From positions 83,266,001-83,330,000 of the forward strand of contig NC_042998.1 in NCBI RefSeq assembly GCF_006345805.1: 64,000 nt of DNA, written 5' to 3'. This document shows positions 54,155 through 64,000 of this stretch, in pieces. Every line of letters begins with the position of its first letter. Position 1 is the first letter of the stretch. This DNA is from Octopus sinensis. Its lineage: Eukaryota. The position numbers and the translations under genes are program-made. Under the pieces are notes generated by a model. It had not been told where the DNA came from, made no database searches, and saw nothing but the letters and a program-made list of their open reading frames with translations.

Positions 54155-54365
54155 AGTGGCAAGCTGGCAGAATTGTAAGTGTGTCAGGTAAAATGCCTCG
54201 TGGCATTTCATCTGTTTTTACATTCTGAGTAACAATTGCACTGTGGTCGACTTTGCCTTTCATCCTTTTCGGATACAATAAAATAAGTACCAGTTGATCA
54301 ATATTATCAACTTACACCCGCCCCTGAAATTGCTGGCCTTGTGCCAAAATGTGAAACCAATATTT
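54155..54365 (+). mobile_element. tRNA-derived SINE (family C)
   Basis: ggcaagctggcagaat...ctgagt...ggtcgactttgcctttcatcc...ataagtaccagt; same family as 60170-60920 and 62385-62605. Confidence 0.75.
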
Positions 54366-56077
54366 CAGTATTATGTCTATAATAACAATCTCTTAACCCA
54401 AGCACAGGCATATCATTTATAGTGAATGATTTGAGTATCTCGATGGTCCAGTGCTCAGTATATTACTGGTAAATATAGTTCTATTGAAGCCCCCTTCCAC
54501 ACACACTCGTGTATCTCCAAGGGAATAAATGACAAATTTAATCCTAAGATTTCAGCACCATGATTTCAATACTTTAATAATGTATTTTGCGTAATGTTTC
54601 ACTGTTGTGTAATTATATCATCAGAATATAAGTATTAACATAACTGATACAATTAGCAAGAACATTAAGGTTGAAAGAGTTAACATATTTGTAAAATACT
54701 AACTCCCAAAATGGTAAATCTCTACATAAGTATACAGACATGGTTTAAATTTGACCAGGAACACCCCACCACCTTTTCTCCTATTTTACATATATATTAA
54801 AAATACTGTCTTAATATTTTATCTCAGCATAATTTAAGTTTAGAAAGTGTTAGTTCTATGTTTACACAAAGGAAAAAAGAACTAAGATGAAAGTATGTAG
54901 TTCAGTAGTTAGGGTGTTACATTTTGCATTGCTCCAGTCCATTCAGCCACAAATGAGTTGTAGCAACAGCTGAGAAGTTAACTCTGCAGTGAACCAACAT
55001 CCCAATGGGGTGGGGTTTATGATCTGCCACTTATATGCCATGGAAACTAAGTTAAGTCCTGCCTTAAAAGTCCCCAGAACTCATTACAAACCTCAGTGTA
55101 CAGCAAAGTGGATCAGCATCCTTTTCAATGTCTGTGTATTTTGTCCTTGGTCAAATTTAAACCAGTTCTGTTCTTCATGTTTACACAATTTTTCATGTAT
55201 GTCATTGTCATAGCTAATCACAACTATTCATGGCTTTCAACAAGTTGAATTCTTTCTCAAAAGGCAAATAGCAAAGCACATTCATACTTGATGTCATCTA
55301 TTATTTGTTTATTTTTGTTTAAGCATGTTTCATATTTACATTTTCTGTCTGTAGCTTGCACATTAAATACTCAATATGCTTTTAAAAAATTGGTATGACA
55401 GGTAGGCAGTTAGTAATATTTTGTTTTTATATCATATGCTGATAAGAATATCAAAATATTTGTGTAACTGAAGGGAAGTTGAAGATTATGACAGCTGTAA
55501 GATAATACCATTTGCAGAGAAATTTCTACTACTTAGTATATCTGGGTTTATTAAATTATCGGTTGTATTAATTATCTTATAACAAAAATTAATTTTTTAA
55601 AATGTTTTGATAATGCATAGAAAAAGTCATAAATATATTTAAGCTTTTATCAATGAATGAAATATTGAATATTTTTGTAACTTCAACATATTTCCTATAC
55701 ATCGATTTGTTTTCCACACATGAGAACAAGAGACTTATTATTTCTCTTACACTAAGTGTAAATTTTTCTCAGACTTAACTTTAATTGGTGACCTTGGCTC
55801 AATATATATTAGTAAACCACAGCTTCACCTTTTTACATTTATTAGGATTTAATGTTTATTTTATGTCTAATCTTTAAATCACTAAAATATTTTCAGCTGT
55901 ATTCATAAGTAATATACCGTAGATTATATTTTAATTGCATTATATATATATATATAGTGTGTATGTATATATAGTGTGTGTATGTATAATTACTATAGGT
56001 TATTAAGTTAAGTTCTTTTAGCTGGATTAAATTTACTGTATCTTTTTAACTGTCTCACATTTTCTTTCTCTTTTCAG

Positions 56078-56185
56078 CTCATAACTGTTCATAGCCTTCC
56101 TAGTTTGGGAGATGATTATGTGATGGCTGAGAAAGGCCACAATCGTGGCAAAGTTCCTGTTAATTATTTGCAAATCCTAAATTAA
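56078..56185 (+). CDS. SH3GLB1: Endophilin-B terminal coding exon (end of SH3, TAA stop)
   Basis: Strong polypyrimidine acceptor tttctttctcttttcag|CTC. Translates to LITVHSLPSLGDDYVMAEKGHNRGKVPVNYLQILN*, versus endophilin-B1 VITVFSVVGMDSDWLMGERGNQKGKVPITYLELLN*. Confidence 0.95.
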   Translation, partial: LITVHSLPSLGDDYVMAEKGHNRGKVPVNYLQILN

Positions 56186-57159
56186 TTTTTTTTTAATTAC
56201 TGTTAGTCTCTTTCTCTCTCTTCTGAAATCCAATGGTCAAACAATGGCTTCAAAGACATTTTGTAATTTCTATTGGGGATCAATATGCAATACTATCTGC
56301 CTCCTTTTTTTCTTTTTTTTTTTTTAACCCTTTTGTTTAATTCCATGGCTGTTATGCTAGTATTTTTCTTCAACATAAAATTGTTTTGTTATATTTTGGT
56401 GCTTTAACTCCATGCTCACTGTCTAATAATAGTGTATTTCTCAGTCATCCCATCTAAGTAGATTTTCAACAAATGCTATCAGGAGAGATTTCACTTTTGT
56501 ATTTCTCCTCCTCCTCAGCAAATATGGACTTCAACAATTGGACATATAATATTTCAACTAACTTTGGGCATTGTTGCCTTTTTGGGGAATTTTTTTTTTT
56601 TTTTGGCTACTATAGATTTTTTTTTTTTCCTGGTATCATTCATTGTTATTAAATTTAGCTTGTGAAAAATTAAATTTGGTCGATTCTTGAAGAATGTCAG
56701 TTTAAAATTTTAACGAAATGAGCATTTGATTTAAAACTCCATCTTGCTCGCTCTCTCTATATACATATATATATATGTATATGCTTTTTTTTTCAAAGTT
56801 CTTAGCACAAAAAAAAAAATTAAAGAGTGAAATTAGACTTTATGGAGAAAAAAAATTATCTTCATCCATTACAAATGTCTTTTCTCATATATATTGACTT
56901 GATTCAAGCAATAAAAATGTTACTCAGAAATTTTAAAGCAATAAGGATTGTTATTTCAATTTATTCATAGATATCTACATTATGCATAGATTTTACATAT
57001 ACACACAGATACACATTTATATGCAATAATTCTATCTTCTTAGACTTACAGATTTAGACATGTAATAGCCAAGTAAACAAAAAAAAAAAAGAAAAAATAT
57101 TGTTAGCCATTGTAAAAGTTTCTTTTTATAGACTTCATCTGAAGGTTTCAAGGTTTTTA

Positions 57160-57178
57160 AATAAAGATACAATTTATT
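57160..57178. promoter_or_regulatory. Candidate facing polyadenylation signals (AATAAA on +, AATAAA on -)
   Basis: aATAAAgatacaaTTTATT: + hexamer at 57160-57165, - hexamer at 57173-57178, and a GT/T-rich element (tttccatgtgttttt) downstream on +. Other hexamers exist at 56910 (+), 56960 (-) and 57660 (-). Confidence 0.4.
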
Positions 57179-57452
57179 CATGTAACTTTCCATGTGTTTT
57201 TAATCATTCTTTCAAGAGTCAATGTGTCACATACAAATTTAACAAGCCACTCACTGCTTGATGATGAACAAAGGTTGCCAGCATGTGTTTATGCTTTAAT
57301 ATTTGTTTAATTATTCAGAACAGCTAACACATAATAGAAACAAACTGTTTCTTTTCCATTGTGGATGTTATTTACTTCGCAAACCTGAATCTAAATGGCT
57401 GTTTTGCTGAACCGGCATCTTAGAGCTAGGCTTGAATTGGAGTTTTTTGTGG

Positions 57453-57620
57453 AGGCATGGCTGTGTGGTTAAGAAGTTCACTTTGCAAACCACAAGGCTT
57501 CGGGTTCAGTCACACTACACAGCATCTTGGGCATGTCGTCTTCTACTATAACCCTAAGCCAACAAATGCCTTGAATGAATTTGGTAGATGGAAGTTGTGT
57601 GAAAGCCCAGCATGCACATC
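57453..57620 (+). mobile_element. Family A SINE in the gap between the two stop codons
   Basis: ggaggcatggctgtgtggttaagaag...gggttcagtc...cttgggcatgtc...ggtagatggaag. Confidence 0.75.
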
Positions 57621-57749
57621 TCCATTGTATATGGTATCTGTGTGATTGTAAAGTAAATATTTATTTAATCTTTGCATCTTATTTGCAATTGTTTGGTTGT
57701 TGTTATTTTTTTTTCATGTCTATTCAAACCAAATGTCATTGTTGGAATT

Positions 57750-57822
57750 TTAAGTGGAAGAATTCATAGAGAAAATCTTGGCTGTTTTGTCTTGAGATAC
57801 ACTTCCTATTAGGGAGCCATCA
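57750..57822 (-). CDS. AAMP: WD40 protein (AAMP/Sqt1-like) terminal coding exon
   Basis: Minus-strand acceptor ttttttctattctttcag|T. 73 nt: AG+T=Ser, then DGSLIGSVSQDKTAKIFSMNSST*, similar to AAMP KDASLVVTTSGDHKAKVF. Confidence 0.87.
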
Positions 57823-57899
57823 CTGAAAGAATAGAAAAAACAATACACAATCTCAGTTAATTACAAACACAGTTCATATGTAATTACCAATGTTTAAAT

Positions 57900-58179
57900 C
57901 GGTGGTTTTCAACCAGGGTCTATATAACCTTTGCGGGGACCATGTAATCTGCAATAAATTGTTTATACTTCTATAAAACACAAAATATTTCAACAAATAT
58001 TTTTTTAATACAATTCCTAATAAAATTTACTTATAAAAATATGATAGGGTTATTAAAACATTGAAATAGCTATGAGGATCCATCCGAGCAAAATAGGAGT
58101 CAAAATAGCTACAGGAGTCCATCCGAGCAAAATAGGAAACAAAGGGATTCACAGGTACAAAAATGGTTGAGAACCATTG
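57900..58179. mobile_element. hAT (Charlie-like) MITE, 280 bp
   Basis: TIRs cggtggttttcaacc / ggttgagaaccattg (CAGTGGTTCTCAACC type), flanked by an 8-bp near-duplication gtttaaat / gtttaaac, the hAT TSD length. Confidence 0.85.
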
Positions 58180-58484
58180 GTTTAAACATCTACTCTTTTA
58201 TGCTTGCATGCATCAGATGGAATCTGCTGAGACACATTTTCTTAGACCAGATGCTCTTCCTGTTGCTAACCTTCACTAGTCTCCAGGCAAGGTAATATTT
58301 CCCCTATGGCCAGACATATTTTTGCAGAAGACTGGAAGGTTGTTTACAACTATTATGCAATCTGAAGACTTAGCGACACACACACACGTATGTTTATTCA
58401 CAGGGTTTTGGTTGGCTCAGGATTTTACTTAGAAGACATTTGGCAAAGTGCCTTGTAGAAAGGTTATCCACACTAAACAATACC

Positions 58485-58690
58485 ATCATCATCATTTAAC
58501 ATTTGTTTTCCATACTGGCATGGATTGGATGGTTTGACAGAACTGGCAGGCCAGGGGGAGCTGTACCAGGTTCCAATCTGATTTGGTGTGGTTTCTACAG
58601 CTGGATGCCCTTCCTAATGCTAACCACTCCAAGAGTGTAATGGGTGCTTTTTATGTGGCACCAGTGTGGGCACCAGTTACATGACACCAT
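58485..58690 (-). mobile_element. Family B SINE
   Basis: catcatcatcatttaac...cagctggatgcccttcctaatgc...ggtgctttttatgtggcacc. Confidence 0.8.
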
Positions 58691-59301
58691 ACAATGTCAC
58701 TTGGCATGGTATTTCTAAATCAGTCTATTAGCCAGATGGCTGTTATTTTGCAACGAATTGGTTGGATTAGCTGCAAAGTATATGTAGCAATTTGTGTTGA
58801 AGTTTCATAAACTCATTTGTGATATCTGGTGTTGTAGGAACCCACCTGGCCAATACTTCCTCTTCAAGGGCCTCCAGCTATAGAAACCACACCAAAGTAG
58901 CCAATGAAACTCAACACAGTCCTTCAATTCATCACATTTCCTTTCAAACTGTCCAAACCAGGCCAGCACTGAAAACAGACATTAAATGATGATGCTTTAA
59001 TGCTTAACCACTCTTTCAGATTACTTCTGCTCCACCTTTCATGCAGATTAATGTTACCCCAGTATAAATCTGCTGCTAGGTTTAACATCACTAACATCAT
59101 CACGATATGGCTCTACCAGACCTCTAGTAATACCAGACTAGGACATAATGAGAGCATAAGAAGGGAGACAAAAGTGAAAAGGAACAAACAGGAAAAAGAA
59201 GAAATTTCTACACAGATGGAGACCAACAATGACAATAGATGAAACAGGTTACATAGATAATATTTTTTTAAAAGTTTTATAAAAACACCAAATTTCTTTA
59301 C

Positions 59302-59456
59302 CTTGATATTTCAAAATCCATGATAGCAGCTCTGTGTCCATGCCACTGTTTACTCAGTAAACCGTCTCTAGTATCCCAGAGTCGTATGATACCATCAAGG
59401 CCTGCAGTGAATAACTGTGGACTGTTCTCTAGCCATTTTAATTTCACTAAAGATCC
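59302..59456 (-). CDS. AAMP: WD40 protein (AAMP/Sqt1-like) internal exon
   Basis: Minus-strand acceptor cttacttcag|GGA and donor AG|gtaaag. 155 nt encoding GSLVKLKWLENSPQLFTAGLDGIIRLWDTRDGLLSKQWHGHRAAIMDFEIS, similar to AAMP [50 protein letters not shown]. Phases are consistent with both neighbours. Confidence 0.9.
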
Positions 59457-60169
59457 CTGAAGTAAGAATAGTTGTATGAAAAAAAACTACAACGATAATA
59501 TGACAGCAACATACTACTTTGCTACGTAATCAATACAATATCAGGACTGCAATCAATAAATGTTATATTATGAATTGCTTAACAATTGCAGAACAAGATA
59601 AGTTCATGGTGATGCTTTGATGGAGTTAGATTGATTCACTCTTAGTGTTACATAAGTATACACTCAATATTATTATATAATATTTGAAAATAAATAGGCA
59701 CTGCATAATATATAATCTAATAGTATAATAATACTCTTGTGTTTTTCTTCATCACAAAATATGAAATAAGAAAAAAAGGAGTGATAGGGGAGGAAAGTGT
59801 GATAGCAAACTTAGTAGTGGGATGATGGAAATTCTACAGTGAAAAGCAAGAATTCAAAACAGCAGATTTATACTATATGTGTGTGTATGTAAAAGGGAGG
59901 TATGTGAATGTTTGTATGTGTGTGCAATAGAAGTGGGATGATCAACATTCAACACTGAAAAGGAAAATCAAACAGCGTTTCAACTCTGTGTGAGTACCTG
60001 TGTGTGTGTGTTCAAGGGAAGTATGTGAACCAGCATTCTTTCAGTAACTAATGATGATCAATGTCGCATCTCAAAAGACAACCACTAGATAACATTAACA
60101 AGTGTACTACTTTGATTTACCATTCATGTTCTATATTTTGTCCTTATTTATATTACAATTAGCCATCAT

Positions 60170-60593
60170 TTTTGAAGGCACAGGACCAGCTAGTGTTGAT
60201 AATAATGGTTTTAAATTATGATACAAGGCCAGTAATTTTAAGGAAGTGGTTTAGTCAATTACATTGACCCCAGTGTTCAACTGGTTAGATTTAAATGCTG
60301 GAAGAAATACTAAGCATTTTGATGGACATGCCAACAATTCTATCAGTTTGCCACCCTAATATTATTACAATGATAATCCTTTCTACTAAAGGTACAAGGG
60401 CTGAAATTTGGAGAAAGCAGGATAGTTAATTACATTGACCCCCACCAGTGTTTCACTGGTACTTAATCTATTGACCCCAAAAGGATGAAAGGCAAAGTCA
60501 ACTTCGGCGGAATTTGAACTCAGAACGGAGCGACGGGCGAAATACCACTAAGCATTTAGTCTGGCATGCTAACAATTATGCCAGCTCGCTGCC

Positions 60594-60631
<38 letters not shown>

Positions 60632-60920
60632 TTCAAATTTTTGCCACAAGAGCAGCTTGGGTGAGGTGGGGATGAGTCAATTACTTTGAGTCCAGTGTTC
60701 AACTGGTACTTATTTTATCAACTCCAAAAGAATGAAAGGCAAAATCAACCTTGGTGGAAAATGAACTCAGAACATAGTGACGAGTGAAATACCACTAAGC
60801 ATTTCATCCAGCGTGCTAACGATTCTGCCAGCTCACCACCTTAATAATAATTTTTTTTTTTTCCTGATATTTGGCATAAGGCCAGCAATTTTGGAGAAAA
60901 AAGGAAGTCAAATACATTGA
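60170..60920 (-). mobile_element. Cluster of three tandem family C SINE copies separated by (AAT)n
   Basis: Copies at ~60170-60355 (degenerate), ~60395-60597 and ~60640-60842. Each has ttgacccc...ccagtgtt..actggt and gctaac.att.tgccagct. (AAT)n at 60595-60630. Confidence 0.8.
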
Positions 60921-61300
60921 CACCATGAGGTGTCAGGATATATCCTCAAGGTACAAGAAGGTAAATATATAAGTAATAATAAGAAATTAAGGAATTGTGT
61001 TTTAGTTTATTTATACAGGTACAGAAAGTCATCAAATTTTCCAAGGAAATGAAGTGAAATAAAATGTTTACATCATTACATTTAAGAATTTGTCAGCACA
61101 AACAAATTCTTCAAAGTTTTGGCATAAATATTTTATTTTGTTTTTTTTTTTCATTTCATTTTCTTAAAAATCTGAAGACTTTCTGTACCTATATAGAAAT
61201 AAACTAAGGTACTACATTTCTCCTGACTAACCTTATTATTATTACTAGTGAAATCTATTCACTACCAAAAACGTTTTATACATACATATATATATATATA

Positions 61301-61576
61301 TAATCATCTGCTTTCCATGCTGGCATGGGTTGAACAGTTTGACTGGGGACTGGCAAGCCAGAAGGCTGCACCACCCTCCAATCTGATCTGGCAAGGTTTC
61401 TACAGTTGGATGCCCTTCCTTAACGCCAACTATTCCAAGAGTGTAGTGGGTGCTTTTTATGTGTCACTAGCACAAGAACCAGTTGGAGGGCACGGGCATC
61501 AATCACGTTTAGATGGTGCTTTTTACATGTCGCCGGCACGGGGAGCCAGTCAGGCAGCACTGGCATCAACCCACGC
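61301..61576 (-). mobile_element. Family B SINE (minus)
   Basis: Reverse complement of the family B core with two modules. Confidence 0.85.
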
Positions 61577-61604
<28 letters not shown>

Positions 61605-61609
<5 letters not shown>

Positions 61610-61992
61610 CCTGTTGAGTCAAGTGAAATCATTGTTGTGGCCAATGCCAGTACCGCCTTACAAGTATCTGTGCCAGTGGCACGTAAAGTGCACCATACAA
61701 ATGTGGTTGATGCCAGTGCTGCTTAACCGGTCCCGTGCTGGTGGCACATAAAAAGCACCATTCAAGCGTAGTCAATGCCAGGCCCACCTGACTGGCTCCT
61801 GTGCTGGTGGCACATAAAAAGCACCCACTATACTCTCAGAGTGGTTGGCTTTAGGAAGAGCATCCAACTGTAGAAACCTTGCCAGATCAGATTGGAGCCT
61901 GGTGCAGCCTTCTGGTTTGCCAGCCCTCAGTCAAACTGTCCAACCCATGCCAGCATGGAAAGCAGATATTAAATGAGGATGATGATGATGAT
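61605..61992 (+). mobile_element. Family B SINE (plus)
   Basis: Three modules, taggaagagcatccaactgtagaaac core, (GAT)n tail. Confidence 0.85.
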
Positions 61993-62225
61993 ATATATAC
62001 ATAGTGAGTTGGCAGAAACTCAGTACCATGCAATGCAAATAATAGGTGTACACAAAGGTCCAAACGAACCACTGACAGAGAAGCAGAAGTTTAGATAAAG
62101 CGACAATAATCAGCAGAAGTAACCATGACATAGCCTTCCAGAGTTGCCAGCTCAATCAAACGATGGACGTTAAATGATGATGATGATGATGATGACATAT
62201 TTACAATTAATTGATGGACACTCAC

Positions 62226-62316
62226 ATCAAATTGCCATTTATTCCGTAATTTTCCAGCTTGGACATCCCACAAGTATATGGTTCCATCAAGTGTACCAAC
62301 AGCAGCCCAAGGATGT
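62226..62316 (-). CDS. AAMP: WD40 protein (AAMP/Sqt1-like) internal exon
   Basis: Minus-strand acceptor tttttggtcttgtag|A and donor GAT|gtgagt. 91 nt encoding HPWAAVGTLDGTIYLWDVQAGKLRNKWQFD, similar to AAMP [28 protein letters not shown]. Confidence 0.85.
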
Positions 62317-62384
62317 CTACAAGACCAAAAATGGAAAGAATTATCACAAGACAACATTACAAGCCAAGGCAGACAAATAAATAT

Positions 62385-62605
62385 TGGTTTCAAATTTTGG
62401 CACAAGGCCAGCAAATTTTTTTTGGGTTGGTGAGCATAAATCGAATACACCAACGCCAGTTCTTAAGTGGTACTTATTCTTATTTCAACCCTGAAAGGAT
62501 CAACAGCAAAGTCAACCTTGACAAAGTTTGAACTCAGAATATAAAGCTGGACAAAATGCAGAGCAGCATTTCACTAAGCATGCTAACGGTTCTGCCAGTT
62601 TGCAG
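62385..62605 (-). mobile_element. Family C SINE
   Basis: ggcacaaggccagcaa...ggtacttatt...aaagtcaacct...gaactcagaa...gctaacggttctgccag. Confidence 0.75.
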
Positions 62606-62901
62606 TCTTTGGTAATAATTTATTCTTTTATTAGCCACAAGGGCTCACAAACAATAACATTAAAGGACATGCAACGGCATAAAAGACAAAAATGGGACGA
62701 CACAATGGATTTTCCACGTATAAACAAAGCATAACAATAATAATTAAACAAATTAAAACTGCCAACAAGGGAGGTGCTTTAAGGTCCTCGTGGAAAAACT
62801 AACCTTATTACATCATATGTAAACAAACATAAGTTTGTCTTTGAAGCATTGAAATGTATTGCAGAACAAGTAGAAAAATATATTTTTCAATGCATAAATA
62901 C

Positions 62902-63009
62902 TGACAGAACAGCATAAAATATAGGATAAAACCCTTTCTAGAGCAGGGCTGGTTGCTGACAAGCTTTTCTGCTCTAAAAAGGATTTTATCCTATATATAT
63001 ATTCTGTCA
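62902..63009 (-). ncRNA. Candidate intronic pre-miRNA-like hairpin
   Basis: 28-bp stem (62919-62946 with 62969-62996), 22-nt loop and an outer 8-bp stem (62902-62909 with 63002-63009). The two stem mismatches are G:U pairs only on the minus (AAMP-sense) strand. No expression evidence. Confidence 0.35.
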
Positions 63010-64000
63010 CTATTTACAAGTTGAAAAATATATCATTCTACTTGTTCTAGTAACCTTATTGTATACAGTGTTCAGGTGCACTACAATGCATCTGGAAGTG
63101 TTAAAAAAGGGGGCAGAAAGCCAACTTTAAGTCAAGTAAAGAAAGACAGTTATGAAGGTTGGAATACATGCACAGTACACAGAATAAAACACCAAAAAAA
63201 AAAAAAAGAAAAGGGAGCATTAAGTGTCGTAAAAGGTGCGCAGACACGTCAGGAGTAGTGTTGGTGAATTTAAGGAATCATGGATTACAGGGGCTGGTGA
63301 TTTATTCCATGCTTCAAAAGACCAATTTGTTTTGAAGCTGATGTGTTAGTATCAATCAACAAATCTTAAAAAAGTTCTGAGTGAAGCCTCTTCTCCTCCA
63401 AACACAACCTTTTTACTGTGGAAAGCTGATATATATATCATCTCAAAATTTCATTACTTTTAACTGCACAAAGCAGTTTTATATACCAATATATCTTTCA
63501 CTGAGGAATGTCATGTTTGAAATTATTTTTTGTTGAGATACAGTAAGTTTATTGACAACAACGTCATCATCAAACCCCTGTGACATTGTTCAGGGTCCTT
63601 TTCAGTGCCTTTAGTACCACAGGATTTGCTGATCACATATGGGTCTTGCCAGCCACATCTACTCCAATGAGAAACAATATGTTGGAGGCAGAGAAGAATG
63701 AATGTCTTGGATCAACATTGTCATAAGCAGAAAGCACTGAGGCAACAATGACATACATACAACACCAATTCTAATTTTTTGTCATTACTGGAATAATCAT
63801 GACATTTAATTCCACGGATTAATTAATTAGGGCTCAAAATATTAATCATTAATCCAAGAGACAAAACTCCAGAGTTTACATTTACGTTGCCTCTCTTCTT
63901 TTTCTTTTTTCTTATTTGCAATTTAGTCAAAAAGGTAATAGCAACCCTTTTGAAGCTTTCCAGTACCTCTAACACTGGTAGGAGGAAATAAGGAAATTCT

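Noticed and set aside
63590-63760. Possible upstream AAMP exon
   Set aside because: Minus-strand translations do not give the expected WD40 segment, and phase and splice sites do not fit.

Overview
AT-rich eukaryotic genomic DNA. It is most likely a coleoid cephalopod (Octopus-type), inferred from the SINE families and extreme microsatellite load rather than from a database hit. Two convergent intron-containing genes are present. (1) On the + strand is the 3' half of an endophilin-B (SH3GLB-like, N-BAR+SH3) gene with three confident exons: 20335-20435 (end of BAR), 51373-51619 (linker + start of SH3) and 56078-56185 (end of SH3, stop). Earlier BAR exons were not found and probably lie left of the window. 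(2) On the - strand is the 3' end of a WD40 gene resembling AAMP/Sqt1, with exons 62316-62226, 59456-59302 and 57822-57750 (stop); earlier exons lie right of the window. The stops are about 1.56 kb apart. The rest is intron: two giant alternating purine/pyrimidine (TA/TG/TATG) arrays (~0.5-8.5 kb and ~34.2-39.6 kb), several SINE-like families, an internally deleted mariner with TIRs, a pogo transposase relic, and hAT- and piggyBac-type MITEs. All long ORFs in the supplied track are microsatellite artefacts. The best leads are a perfect 57-bp-arm hairpin in the last endophilin intron, a pre-miRNA-like hairpin and an inverted SINE pair in AAMP introns, a candidate alternative 3' end giving an SH3-less endophilin B, a 21-nt microexon, a recursive-splice-like site, and facing poly(A) signals between the genes. 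All splice predictions are by eye and need RNA data.
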